64,000 bases of DNA from Mobula birostris (GCF_030028105.1 NC_092377.1:28330782-28394781); one strand, 5' to 3'. Positions 39,438 to 52,384 are shown, counted from the first letter of the stretch. Made by a program: numbers and translations. Notes: generated by a model from the letters alone, not told the origin.

Positions 39438-40477
39438 CATGAATGATCCAAGCCATTCATTGGAACAGCTCAGTGCTGACTGAATGCTGTCATTACTGAT
39501 CTGGGGAAGAACTCTGACATTGAGTCATTTACATCACTGGTGGATTTGGAGTATTTGGCGGGGATAGTATTGTCTGTGCCTCTGCCATGCTTTGAAGTCC
39601 CAACAGTAGATAGTCCATCTCAAGAAACTCTTTCCACTACCTCCCGTCTCTGATCAAAAGTTGCTTCCTAAATTACATTTTGTATTTGTCCATCACGAGG
39701 CATAATGGATATGATTCACATCATGTATCAACTCCTAGAAAGCAAAGGGAGCAGCGTCAACCACTGTACATGATAACTTTTGACCTTACAAACCTCTTCC
39801 AGTCTGTCATCTGAGAGAGACTATTGAGGATCCATTTTAAATGTGGCTATGCTCATAATTTTTTCTCAACACCTTTTAGATGTTCACCATTGACCCCATC
39901 CCAATCCAGAATGGAATCAAGTAGGATGGAGTTATCATTAATGCCTTTCTCTCAAAACTAACCCAAATATTGTTTCTCATCTACAAAAGGTTCTCTGGAG
40001 AGGAACTTATCTGGAGGATAAAAAGGAAGGTGTTTAACCTACATTACCCACTATTTCAGAAGGCAGATCACTCCAGTTTTGTTCATTGTGATGCAGACAA
40101 GGATGGTTGTGTGTGCACACTTTCAAACCTTTAAACAGCAGCCAATCCTCCTGATACCTTGACCTTCTAATTGTCAAGCTGCCAATAAAGAGCCCAATTA
40201 GCACTGACAGCTCATCTCATCAACGCTAATGATGTCTGAGCACAGAAATTAAGAGTGCCACTTATTAATTGCATGGATGAGTGGAGTGAAGGACCTGGCT
40301 TACTAGCTATTTGTTGGAAACAAAAACCACACTGGTTCCATGGAACCCAGATATCTGCAGTCAAGTGGTCATTCCTCATCTATGAACCTAGACAGGATAT
40401 TTGATTGCAAGCATTGCACTGCCAGAGTCCAGTAATTTACTCTTCCGTTAATTAATTAATTAATGTATTTATTTATT

Positions 40478-40757
40478 TATTGACATACACTGCAAAGTTG
40501 GCTCTTCTGGCCTTTTGAGCCACGCCACCCCACATTCTCCTGATTTAATCCAACCATAATCACGGAACAATTTACAATGACTAATCAACCTACCCAGTCG
40601 GCACGGGTTTGGCATGTCGGACAAAGCCAGAGAACCTGGAGGAAAACCACATGGTCACGGGGAGAACATACAAACTCCTTACAGTCAGCGGCAGGAAATG
40701 GACCTGGGTCATTTGTACTGTAAAGTGCTGTGCTAACCACTACACTGAAGTGCCACC
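40478..40757 (-). mobile_element. HE1-type V-SINE
   Basis: Homologous to 26870-27145. Confidence 0.75.
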
Positions 40758-41334
40758 ATTAACTAAACATTTTCATAATATATGCGTATATATACTGTAT
40801 CCTGCATCTCTTGCAGCTGAACAAGGAATTAATAACTAGGAGGAATAAAGAAAAATATTCTATCTCTGATATTTTTGAAAACATTCGTTTCCTCTCACCC
40901 TGTTAGGGTCTTTGGTTCCGCTGGGCTGCTCTGTTGAGATTGATTACAGTTTATTCTGTTTCCCAGAGGAGCTGTACATCAAGCAATGGTGTCTGTCGTC
41001 CACTAATGACTGCATTAGCGTTACCTTCCCTTAGAAACTAGAGTAACCTGTGGGAATTCAAATTTACAGGCTGTCTCATAGTTTCTACATGCTGCCTAAT
41101 TCAGTGGCATAGCAGACTAGCTTAGTTTCACCGTGCCATAGCAAAAGGATTCTCTGGAGCATGGTTGATCTTTGCAACTTTATGCAGAGCCACTACTATT
41201 CCTATATTACCCATGAAAAGGCTACACCTGGAATATTGCATTCAATTCTGGTTGCCCCATTATAGGAAAGATGTCAAGTTTTAGAAGAGTTTTACCAGGA
41301 TGATGCTTGGTTCAGAGGGCATGTGCTATAATGA

Positions 41335-41740
41335 GTGATGAGTCACAGGTTTTTGTGCTTACACCAGTCCACAAGCTGCTCTACCTCCTCCCTCTATGCT
41401 GTTTCACCATTGTTCCTGATGAGGCCAACCACTGTTGTGTTGTCAGCAAACTTGACAGAGTGTTTAGACCAGATTTGGCAATACGATTGTGCATTAGCAG
41501 TGTGGATAGAAATGGGCCGAACATGCAGCCCTGGGAGTTGCCGGAGCTGAGAGTGATAGAGCCAGTGGTGTTGCTGCCAGTACGGACTGCCTGTGGTCTC
41601 TTTGTCAGGATGGCCAAGGAGTGTTGAGACCCAACATGAATAGTTTTCTCTCCAGTTTTCCCTCTATCTTCCAGGGAATGATATTGAAAGTAGAACTGAC
41701 GTCAGTGAACAGCATTCTGACATAGGAGACACCACAGTCC
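41335..41740 (-). mobile_element. Rex1/Babar RT fragment
   Basis: VRMLFTDVSSTFNII, RPQAVR.G, QGC motifs. Confidence 0.75.
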
Positions 41741-41799
41741 GGGGGGGGGGGGGGGGAGAAGGCAGATGGAATTAGTTTAGTTTGGCATTTAATTATTGT

Positions 41800-42665
41800 G
41801 TGCTTTGCCCTCTGCTTTACTCCTTTTTCACTTATGACTGTGTTGCTAAGCACCGCTACAATGACATATTCAAGTTTGCTGACAACTTCACTGTCATTGG
41901 CTAAATCAAAAGTGGGACAATCCAGCATATAGGAGGGAGATTGAAAATCTGGCTGAGTGGTGCCATAACAACAATCTCTTATTCAATGTCAGCAAGACCA
42001 GGAGCTGATTATTGATTTCAGGAGAAGGAAACCAGAGGTCCATGAGCCAGTCATCTTTGGAGGATCAGAATCGGAGAGGGTCAGCAGCTTTAAATTCCGC
42101 GATGTTATCATTCCGGGAACCTGCCCAGGACCCAGCACATAAGTGCAATTGCAAAGAAAGCACGGCAGTGCCTCCACTTCCTTCGGGGTTTGTGAAGATT
42201 CTGCATGACATCTAAAACTTTGACAAACTTCTATAGATGTGTGGTGGAGAATATATTGACTGGCTGCATCATAGCCTGTTGTGTAAACAACAATGACCTT
42301 GAATGGAAAGTTCTTCAAAAAAAAGTGAATACCACCCAGTCCATTATGGGTAAAGCCCTCTCCACCGCCGAGCACGTCTGTACAAAATGCTGTCACAGGA
42401 AATCAGCATCCATTATCAGGGACCCCCATCACCCAGGGCATGCATTTTTCTCACTGCTGTCATCAGGAAGAAGGTAAAGGAACATCTGGACTCACGCCAC
42501 CAGGCTCAGGAACAATTACTACCCCTAAACCATCAGGCTCTTGAACCAAATGGGGATAACTTCACTTGCTTGGAATGTTCCCTGAACCAATGGACTCTGT
42601 TCCAAGGACTCTTCATCTCACGTTCTCGATACTTGTTGCTTATTTATTTATTATTATTATTTCTG
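41800..42665 (+). mobile_element. Rex1/Babar LINE 3' part
   Basis: KFAD, LTNFYRCVVENILTGCI, DPHHPGHAFFSLLSSGRR. Confidence 0.85.
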
Positions 42666-43077
42666 ACAGCTGAAGACCAATCGAGTGAAACTAGAGCCCT
42701 CAGGTTTGCAGACAGTGGAGAATTCACTGCACCAGCAAGAATGCAAAGCCTGGAGTTCATATCAGGCAAAGACGGCCAATGTTTTGATCGAGCTTCTCTG
42801 ACATGGTGCGCTCATATTGTAGGTAGGAAATAAGAACAAAACAATGCACACTCCAGCCTGATCCTGGCTGTGGATGTTATCAAAGGAGTGTTGTAGTTTT
42901 AGTTAAAATAGGAAGCTATCAGATTTTTATAAAACTACAACATATTGTTCCCGATTCTTGAATTCAATCCCTCAATGCAAGCATGACATATGCTTCTTTA
43001 CCATTCTATTAACTTGTGCAGCCACTTTCAAGGAAAATAAAATCATTAGTACGTTGTAAAATTTATAAAAATAAATT

Positions 43078-43720
43078 GGATTATGAACATACGCAGTTCT
43101 CTTTTATTGTCATTTAGTAATGCATGCATTAAGAAATGATACAATGTTCTTCCAGAATGATATCACAGAAACACATGACAAACCGACTTAAAAACTGACA
43201 AAAACCACATAATTTTAACATATAGTTACAACAATGCAAAGCAATTCCGTAATTTGATAAGAACAGACCATGGGCACGGTAAAAGTCTCAAAGTCTCTCC
43301 AAGGTCCCATCATGTCACTCAGATGGTGAACCTCCAGCACCGCAAACTTGCTGATGCAGCACCCTGGAAGCACCCGACCGCAGTCCGACGCCGAGTCCGT
43401 CCGAAAACTCCGAGCCTCCAACCAGCCCTCTGACACCGAGCACCGAGCGCCATCTCTTCCGAGCTCTTTGACCCCGGCCTCGGCAACAGGCAATAGGCAA
43501 AGCCGAGGATCTGGGGCCTATACCTCCGGAGATTCTCGATTGCACAGTAGCAGCGACAGTGAAGCAGGCATTTCAGAAGTTTTTCCAGGTGTTCATCCAT
43601 GCTTCTTCATGTCTGTCTCCAGCAAATCAGGATTGTGCACGGCATCCTGCTTCACAAATACGATATCATTCGGAACAGCCGCGCGCGCTATGTCATGCCG
43701 CCATCTTCTCCTCCCTCTCC
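43078..43720 (-). mobile_element. CpG-rich non-autonomous (probably Rex1-derived, bipartite) retroelement
   Basis: 5' end aagatggcgg in reverse, GC/CpG-rich body, 3' end aatgacaataaaag typical of Rex tails. Confidence 0.55.
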
Positions 43721-46700
43721 AGAGGAAGGATAAATAATCTAAGTTAAAATCGCTAAAAAAAAATTCATGCTTAATTTCTAAAATTTAAATTAACTAATTC
43801 TTACCTCTGAGCTTTATTTATCCCAGAATTTTGCCATGTTTTTGTGAGAAATCCAGCATTGAAACAAATTTAGATAAATAGCAAGTTTGGAACTTCATGG
43901 TTGAATAAATAACAAAAGTTCTTGACAGCTATGTTAGTAAATTCAACAATATCCCATAATTAACATATGTAGTTTCTAAATGTAGTTCATTGTCATATGC
44001 TTTCTTTTATCAGTGACAGTTAACAGCTCTTCATAGAGACAGTCCATTCTACCGGATTGCCTATCTTATGATGTATTTGTGTAGGCTGTTGGAGCCCTAA
44101 ATCAAGAGGCTACTCTTTGAAATTTGCCTTCCTCAGCAAGGAGATCAACTGTTGTCATGTTCTCTCTGGCAATTTTATTTTGCTAAATCCTTTCTTGCTC
44201 CAATTGTTTTGAACATGTTCATGCAGTTTGTGATTTCTGTGAAGTTTTTTGGCTGTCATGGATAAAAGCAGATTCCTTTCATTGTCATGTAAATACATCC
44301 AAAGATTTTCATTGATGTATCATGTATAAATTTGAAAAGCAATCTGAATGAATTTAATTAGAACTTCTCAAAAACAAGAAGAGGAAATGTTGATTCTTTT
44401 GGGTATCACTGATGTAGTATTTATAATAGTGGGAATGAACAATATATAAAATATGTGAAGTAAACCTGGGCAGACCACTCTATCTCTAACCCTCTCTTAT
44501 AATTTCATATACAATCTGATTGTTACTTCAACTCTGCCTTCTCTTCTACCAATAGTACCACTCTACTTCCTTGTTTATGAAGAATCTGTCTATCTCTGCT
44601 TTACAAATAATTCAAGTAAAAGTTGGAAGAGACCACCACTCAAGCTTACTTGGGTGAGTTGAGGACTTGAACAAAGCACAGTGGGAAAGATTATGACAAA
44701 ATATTGAGAGAGGTGTTAACACAGATCAGTGAAAACATTACTATCGAGAGTAAAGAAACTCACGGATGAAACTGCTGAAGATGTGCATAGCAAGACCACA
44801 ACTGCTCATTTCAAAGTTGACTCCTGTGATACTAACCAGTCAGAAACAGCTCTAGCTGCTGTGCAGAATAACTCTGTCCTGCAATGCAAATTAATGGAGC
44901 TGCCGTGAAGCCATCCCTCTCTCCCAGTTATCTAAAGTTTATTATGAACCCTTTTGATATTCAAAGAGTTGTAGTTGAGCACATTGTGCTCAGTAATGAC
45001 TTGATGGCTCATGGCAGTTCACTAGTAAGGCTCCAAACTTTTTCTGGTAGTACCCCTTGTCCACCTGATGAGGCGGATTATGAGACTTGACGTGCCAGTG
45101 TTGAACTGCTCTTGCAAGACCCAAGTGTGTCTGATCTTCATAGAACACGGAAAATATGTGAAAGTATTCTTCCACCAGCTTCTGACATCCTCAAGTCAAT
45201 AAGTCCTGGGGCTTCACCGCTATTTATGTACAACTCCTATATTCAACTTTTGCCACCATGGTAGATGGTGATGAATTATTCACCAAATTCATAAACACGG
45301 TACAGAACACTGGTGAAAAATCATCAGTACAGCAGCTATAGGTAGTGTTGACACTGACTGTAAAGCGAGGAGGAATAGCTGAATCTGAGATTAACAAGCA
45401 TCTCTTAAAGCAGTTTTGTAGGGAATGTTGAGACCACTCCCCAATCTTAGACCTGTAACTGGAACAGAAAAAAACAAAACCCGCCATCGTTTACCGAACT
45501 ATTGACATTTCTATGCACCAAGGAAGACGAGTATTCCAGAACCACACGTATGAAATATCATTTAGGAGCAGCCAAACAACGTGCCTTTATACAGCCTCAG
45601 ACCGCAGGTGCCTGTAAAGAAGATGATGTAGCAGAGCTAACTTCAGTTATTTCTCAACTGGCTAAACAAATCACTGAGCTTCAAAGTCACCTAGCTACTC
45701 TACAAGATACAATACAGCAGAAGATAAAAACAACTCTAAGACCCCAAGTGATAAGCCACTAAACCTTAAGGATGACGCAAAAGATAAACAAGAGTCCACA
45801 ACCACTAAGAAAGAGCCAAGTGTGAAATGAAAACCGTGGTACTGTTCTAAATGTGATGAAGATGGGCACATAACCAGCTCTTGCTGCTATGAACTCAATC
45901 TAGCAATAGTGGCAGAAAAGACAGCTTGACAAGAGACGGACGGAGTGGGAGTCACGTCCTGGTCTACCTAAGCCTCATTTTAAACTAGAAGCAGTTCCTG
46001 TTGTGGGTTAAACGGGCACTGATGTTGACAAAGCATGTCCCAAAAGCTCCAAGGTCTTGCACAGTGAAAAAAAACAGGAAGAGCAAGAGCGCATCTTGGA
46101 CTTTACTGAAATCGTCGTCTAATGAACTCAGGTGATTTGGAGGAAGTTAGCGCTGACATTGTGCAAACTGTATGTGAGAGTTGTCTTATCCAACAGACAG
46201 AACATGCGGCAGATGTTGGTATTTCATTTGTTGGATTCTTAATGAGGCATTCAAGTGTTTTACCTGAAAAGTTTCAACCTGATGTACGTAAGAGTCTTCA
46301 TGATGACTTTAGTCACTTGGGTATTGATTGTATCCTGGATTTAGTCAGAAGCCAGTTCTGTTGGCCCAAGGTGGCTGCTGATGTGGAACACAAGATTAAA
46401 AAATGCGGTCGATGCATAAGAAGAAAGACCTTGCCTGAGAAAGCTGTTCTGTTAGTGAGTATTGTAACTATTTGACCTTTGCAGCTGGTCTGCATGAACT
46501 TTCTTACATTAGAACTCAATCAGAGTAACACAAAAGATGTGTTAGTAATAACCAACCATTTCACTATATATGCTTTGGCTATACCTACACCTAACCAAAA
46601 AGCCAGGATGGTTGAGGTGCATTTGGGAGCATTACTGTGCAACCTGTAGTCAAAGGCAATTGCGTAAATTCAAAGGGAGAGGGTGTAACCCAGGTTAATT

Positions 46701-47337
46701 AAACCCAAAGATGTAATGTTTGAAAGCTCCTCCTGTGGTTTACTGAATTAAAAAAGAGAGAACTTGAGGAAATACAAGCTGTGAGGGAACAAGGCGTGGC
46801 TGACGCGGGCATGAACAAGTGAGAGAAATACAGCAAACTATAAGAAGCTAAAGATATGAACTGACATCATTCAAAATGGAATTAGTAGTGAGTATCTCTA
46901 CCCTACTTACTTGAAAACCTCAGGGTGAAATCCCTGGAGGAGAGATGATATCGATAAAGATTTATTGAAGCTACGGCTATTACAAGCAGTAGCTGTAGCG
47001 AGATAATATCAGCAGAGATGAGTATCCAAGATCTCTACCGGGTAATTAGGAATTAGTTCTGTTAATCACACCAAGGGATTTGGTCAAGTTTTTTTGTTGT
47101 AAGTATTGTGAATCGACTTTCTGTAGATGATCCACTATTCCATCCAACGAACCAAGAAGCAAGATGGCGAGCCACCTAAGATCAAAGAACCAGCGCAGGA
47201 ATGAAATGTTTCATGATGTAGAGGATTTAACATGGTTGGATATATAAGTTTATTTCTCACTTGAAGGATCTGAATTTGATTTCTGGAAGAATTGATAATT
47301 TTTGCAAAGACTTTGATAAGTAACTGAATGAGATTTA

Positions 47338-48159
47338 AAAACACAAACACGAGGAAATCTGCAGATGCTAGAACTTCAAGCAACACACCCAAAATGCTGG
47401 TGGAACGCGGCAGGCCAGGCAGCATTTATTGGAAGAGCTACAGTTGACGTTTTGGGCTGAGACCCTTCATCAGGACTAACTGAAAGAAGAAATAGTAAGA
47501 GATTTGAAAGTGGGAGGGGAAGATCCGAAATGATAGGAGAAGACAGGAAGGGGAGGGATGGAGCTAAGAGCTGGAAAGTGATTGGTAAAAGGGATAGAAG
47601 GCTGGAGAAGGGAGAGGATCATGGGACTGGAAGCCTAGGGAGAAAGAAAGGGGGAGGGGAGCCCAGAGGAATATGGAGAGCAGGCAAGGAGTTATAGTGA
47701 GAGGGACAGAGGGAGAAAAATGTTCTTTTTCTATGTCTATCCATGGCCTCCTCTACTATCAAGATGAAGCCACGCTCAGGTTGGAGGAACAACACCTCAT
47801 ATTCCGTCTGGGTAGCCTCCAACCTGATGGCATGAACATTGACTTCTCTAACTTCCGTTAATGCCCCTCCTCCCCTTCTTACCCCTTCCCTTATTTATTT
47901 ATTTATTTATTTGTGTGTTTATTTATTATTTCCCTCTGTTTTTCTCTCTCTTTTTTTTCCCTCTGTCCCTCTCACTATAACTCCTTGCCTGCTCTCCATC
48001 TTCCTCTGGGCTCCCCTCCCCCTCCCACTTTCAAATCTCTTACTATCTCTTTTTTCAGTTAGTCCTGATGAAGGGTCTCGGCCCGAAATGTCGACTGTAC
48101 CTCTTCCAATAGATGCTGCCTGGCCTACTGCGTTCCACCAGCATTTTGGATGTGTTGCT
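47338..48159 (+). mobile_element. Penelope insertion: inverted pLTR + GIY-YIG C-terminus + pLTR
   Basis: RLEEQHLIFRLGSLQPDGMNIDF; terminal inverted pLTR copies; 13-bp TSD tgaatgagattta at 47325-47337 and 48160-48172. Confidence 0.92.
48061..48096 (+). ncRNA. Minimal type-I hammerhead ribozyme motif with stem III loop mutated
   Basis: AGTC-CTGATGA-AGGGTCTCGGCCC-GAAA-TG-TC-GACT. Confidence 0.65.
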
Positions 48160-49329
48160 TGAATGAGATTTACTTAGTTTAAAAGTTGTGATGTTAGAGC
48201 ATTCTCATGAAAGGAGTTAAGCAGTATATTTATATCTGTGAATTTGAATTTGTAGACATACTGACTGGAACTGAAACTGAAGTTAAGCATAATACTTAAG
48301 AATAGCAATTCAATTAGTTTCTAATTAACTAGGGATAAATAAAAAGGAAAGGTTCGTCTGTAAGCCTTTAAATAGGGAATATCACTTGATCCAATTAATT
48401 ACAGAAATTGGAGTAATAAAGATTATTCTAATGAATCTCACTGATTCTAACTAATAAGGAATTTGGTTTTCATTTGATAGAGATTTGGAACCTAGACAGA
48501 ATGTTGGAATTTGGAAAGTGTGTGTCTTCTATTCACTGCCTCCTTTTGATACCTAGATCTTGTAATGACCTACTAGCACCTAGTGTGGTACTATGTAATT
48601 TGATTTTCTCATAAGATTTCCTCATCGAGATAAGACAAGCGCTACACAGGGGTTGCACAAGTCTCTGCTATCTTTGAGGAAGAGAGTCCAAAAGACTCAC
48701 AGCCTCTGATAGTGAACAAAATGCATGATCTCTGTCTTAATTTGACAACACTCGATATCTAAACAATGACCCTAGTTCCAGATTCTCCCAGAAGAGGAAT
48801 CACTTTGTCAAAACCTTCAAAATCTTATATGCTTTGGTCAATTCACTTTTCACTCTTTTAACTACAGCAAGTACAAATCCACCAGTCCACCTACCGTCAT
48901 AAGGCAAAACACCTATTCCAGGTATTAGTCTAGTAAACAATAAACATTCTTTAAGACTGTCACCCCCTTAAGCATTGTTCATCTTTGGATTGCAATAATA
49001 TGTGTAGAAAGTTAAATTTGTGAAAAAAATTGAATAAACTGCACATTCCTTGTCTGGGTTAGCTCCTTGCGTTTGAGTAAGTGATGCACCGTTCACTGAG
49101 ATTATCTGTAAGCCTCTTGGACTCAGCCTCTCAGTGCAATCACTCAATGCCATTGACAACCTTGTCACTTTTGCTTGCTATCATCCTTCACCATCAATTC
49201 TTTGTCCCCAGTGTAAAAACTTGTGAAGTCAGTCAGATGTGAACCTCAGAAGAAGCATGCTTTGGCGTGTATAGATAAGACATACGAGATAAAGGAAAAC
49301 TCAAACAAGGTGTGAGCAATTTATTCACA

Positions 49330-50050
49330 GTGTCTTCACTGAATAGTCTTTCAAACTTTCTAATGATACTGTTACAGTCCAGAGGACAGTTAGGCATATA
49401 ACACACAAGGGTAAAACTGTTCTTTTATTTAAGAAGTCCAGTAAGGATAAGCCAAGTAACAACAGGTCGGTAAATCTTATGTCAGTGATAGAGAAATCAT
49501 TGGAGAAAATTCTAAACAACTGGATTTATGCAGATTGAGAAAGGCATTTACTGCTCACAGATGGTCAGCATGGTTTTGTGTGGGCAAACCTCTAGTCTCA
49601 CTAATTTGATTGAAATTTTTGAGGAAGTTGTAAGTGGGTTCGATGAAGACAGAGCAGCAGATGTGGTCAAGGTACCACGTCGTATGATGATCCAGAATAT
49701 TGAGGTCTGTGGGATCCAATGGGAACTGACTGATTGGATTCAATTTTTTTTGTTGTAATTGATAAGAAGCAGAAGGAGCTTTCTGGAAGAAAGTATGTAG
49801 GAAGTATAATGAGTGAGTTTGCAGACGAAAATTGTTGGTCTGATGGACACCGAGGAAGGTAAGGAGACTGCAAATGCTGGAATCTGGAGCAACACGTGTA
49901 AAGCAGGAAGAACTCAGCGAATTAGGCATCATATATAGGGGGAGTTCAACCAATCTGACAGAGTTTTTTGAAGGAGGTTATCAGGAAAGCTGATGAACGA
50001 AAGGCAGTGGATGATTTTAGCAAGGCCTTTGACAAGGTCCCACGTGGGAG
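49330..50050 (+). mobile_element. Old CR1 RT fragments with a Penelope-derived piece at ~49860-49945
   Basis: QHGF, SLTNLIEIFEEV, KAFDKVPRG. Confidence 0.7.
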
Positions 50051-50069
50051 TTTGGTCGGGAGGGATCAG

Positions 50070-50870
50070 TAGGCCAGTAGCAGGCAAAACAATGGGCCTG
50101 TCTGTCAGGGCAGCCTGACTTGCGAATCTTGGATAGAAGATCAGAATCAGCAGAGTTGCATTAGGGAACAATTAGGCTGGAGGCTGTGGGGGGGAGATCC
50201 TCAGAAGTAATAAGATCAGTGATGGTAGAGGAGACTGGCCTGATGATCTTTTTGTAGGGTCCTAGTCCGAGGTAGCTAAGAGGAAGTTTCTGATAGCTAC
50301 TGTCTGGCCTCTGCATGGTAGAGATCAGTATGAGAGATGAGAACAGCTCTGCCCTTAACTGCTTGTAGATGGGAACAGGGGTTGGGATTGGTATGGAAAG
50401 AGTGGAGTGCAGTTAGTTTCGAGACTGAGTTGGATGAATGAGGAGAGTGGGGAAGTCAAGAAGAGTAGAGTAGTCAAGTTATTTGATGTCCTGTTGGTAT
50501 TTCGAAATTAAAAGGTTCAGAGGGGCCAAAGGTACAAGATACAGAGAAGGTGTCCAAGAAGAGGAATGAGAGTTGAGGCGGGTGTCTGGGTCATCAGTGG
50601 TGGGGTAAATCCTTGCCGAAGAAATAGCTGTAGAAGTGGAGATGACAAATGAAGCGTTCAGTGATATGGTAGGCATGGAACTCATTGATGTATGAATACA
50701 AGGATACAAATATGAGACTTCTGCTGAGAACAAGCTGCCCTGCCTCTGAAAAGACCATTTTACGGAAAATGCTGAAGATGTGGTAGGGATTAGAGCTGGA
50801 GTCAGGATCAGAAGAGGCCATTGAGCTGAGGGTTCAGGGGAGGTGAGATACTGAGACGTGGAGGGAGGAT
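50070..50870 (-). mobile_element. Old Penelope-like ORF fragment
   Basis: SSSWTP....LNLLISKYQQDI and RPIV motifs of fish PLE ORFs. Confidence 0.6.
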
Positions 50871-51411
50871 GAGAGCTTCAAGTTCCTAGGAGTGGACATC
50901 ATCTATAGCCTGTTCTGGTCCAATCACATTGATGACAGCATGTCACTTGGCTCTTTACTTCTTCCTGAACTTCAACTCATTGTCATTTGCCATAGGGCTT
51001 ACTGTGGTGATGGCATCTGCAAACCTATAGATGGAATCAAAGTAAAATCTGGCCAAGCATTCATGGGTAGGGGGCTGAGGGTGTGGTCTTGTTGGGCATC
51101 ATTGTTGAGAATAATAATGATGGAGGTGTTGCTGTCTATCCTTACTGATCGTGATCTGTTGGTCCAGGGTCTGGTTGCAAAGGAAGGTGTTGAGTCCCTT
51201 ATCTAGGAGTTGGGAGATGCGTTTACTTGGAATTATGGTATTAAAGGTGAGGCTGTTGCCAAAAAACAATAATCTAACATAAGCATCTTCACTGTTACAG
51301 TAAAAAGTTACTGTTAAAGACTCTGCTGGTGTTCTTCTGTTTTTGAGAATTTCTGTTTGCTGTGTTATTTTGCCCTGTACGATGACACGTGTAAATATTC
51401 TGTCGTTTCAG

Positions 51412-51567
51412 AGTTCTACTGCGATTTTGAGACAGAGTGCGAGTTGGAGTATTCCTCTGATGGTGACAATGGATTAGCAGGTTGGGTGACTTTGACACCT
51501 CATGATCTTGCCCTGACCACTGATACTGCTGTACCAGATCACGATTACTCGGAGAAGTCAAGTGAAG
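51412..51567 (+). CDS. ltk: Internal coding exon of the same ALK/LTK gene, start of the first MAM domain (equivalent to ALK exon 3)
   Basis: Acceptor tgtcgtttcAG at 51410-11 and donor GTaagg at 51568. Length 156 nt, phase 1-1, splices in frame to the previous exon (G+AG=Glu): EFYCDFETECELEYSSDGDNGLAGWVTLTPHDLALTTDTAVPDHDYSEKSSE(G). Has the MAM signature C-x-F-E/D-x-x-C ... W ... P-x-x-D-x-S ... G; CELEYS is identical to human ALK. The PxxDYSxxxSEG end resembles my recollection of teleost Ltk. Confidence 0.9.
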
Positions 51568-52384
51568 GTAAGGGCAGCCTTAGCAGGATGACATAGCCCA
51601 ATAGGGAGAACTTCAAATGCTTCACTTTATTGAAGTTTACAGATTATTGCATAAAGGGAACACCCAAAAGCTAATGAAAATAGAGTTCTAGTTGTTTCAA
51701 CTCTTTCAAAAAGATTTGGCTTTGATAAAATGCTTCTTGATCTTTATTGAATTTTCTGATTTTGGTTGAAGCTATTGCAAGGTAATTAAATCAAGAAATG
51801 TCCTGGTGGTTCTTCTAGTAAGCTGCTGTAATTTTGACGTAGCAATGGACTTGTGACAGAAGTTCTCAATAATGCTTCACAATGTTACACCAGAGCAAGC
51901 GGTATTTGAGTGTTTTCTTGTTATCTTAGCAGCCAAATGCTGTGCCAAGGAGTGGCACAAAAAAAATCAGCAGTTACTTGCCTGGTCTGCTCAATCAACA
52001 TTTTTGGAGATGTATCAAAGATTACAGGGAAACAGTAAGTTAATTTAGTTAGAAAGTTCACGTCAAAAGTGAAATATAGTAAAATTACACACATCACATT
52101 AGCTGTCCTAACAAAATGGCCAAGATAGGACCCACAGCTGGATCTAACTCTTCTGAAGAAGCAGGCTCTATAATCCTCTGATATTTTGAGTTGGCGGCAT
52201 GTGTGTGAATAATTTTAATTCAAAAAGTTTGGAAGTCACTCAAATAAAATGATGTCTTTAATAATCCTAAGAGTGGGCAGGGTTGGGGAGGGGCATGGTT
52301 ATGAGGTAGTGCCGGTGGAATGTGTTATTCCCACAGTCAATATTTTTAATTCTCTTTTTGGTGGGGAGTAGTATCTAAGCATAA

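Larger units (their letters stand above)
44617..48657 (+). mobile_element. Decayed Ty3/Gypsy LTR retrotransposon with PNMA-type gag, integrase remnant and 3' LTR
   Basis: QRVVVEHI, RLQTFSG..P...EADYET (PNMA-like capsid); CSKCDEDGHITSSC knuckle; HDDFSHLG...W...C.RC integrase zinc finger; PPT aaagggagaggg; caag at 44613-16 and 48658-61. Confidence 0.85.
46684..48657 (+). repeat. Gypsy 3' LTR (about 1.1 kb once the Penelope insert is removed)
   Basis: Starts TGTAACCC straight after the polypurine tract and ends GGGTTGCA. Confidence 0.75.
26393..51411 (+). other. Intron between the two exons (GT-AG, 25,019 nt)
   Basis: Defined by the splice sites above; compatible phases; no further exon recognised inside. 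Confidence 0.8.

Noticed and set aside
41741-41757. Poly-G tract as a functional G-quadruplex
   Set aside because: Homopolymer at a junction of Rex fragments; no supporting context and error-prone to sequence
44940-45890. Domesticated PNMA-like gene
   Set aside because: Multiple stops and frameshifts, and still attached to integrase, PPT and LTR
51357-51596. 79-aa ORF as a standalone gene
   Set aside because: Only 51412-51567 is MAM-like and bounded by AG/GT; the rest is intron read-through
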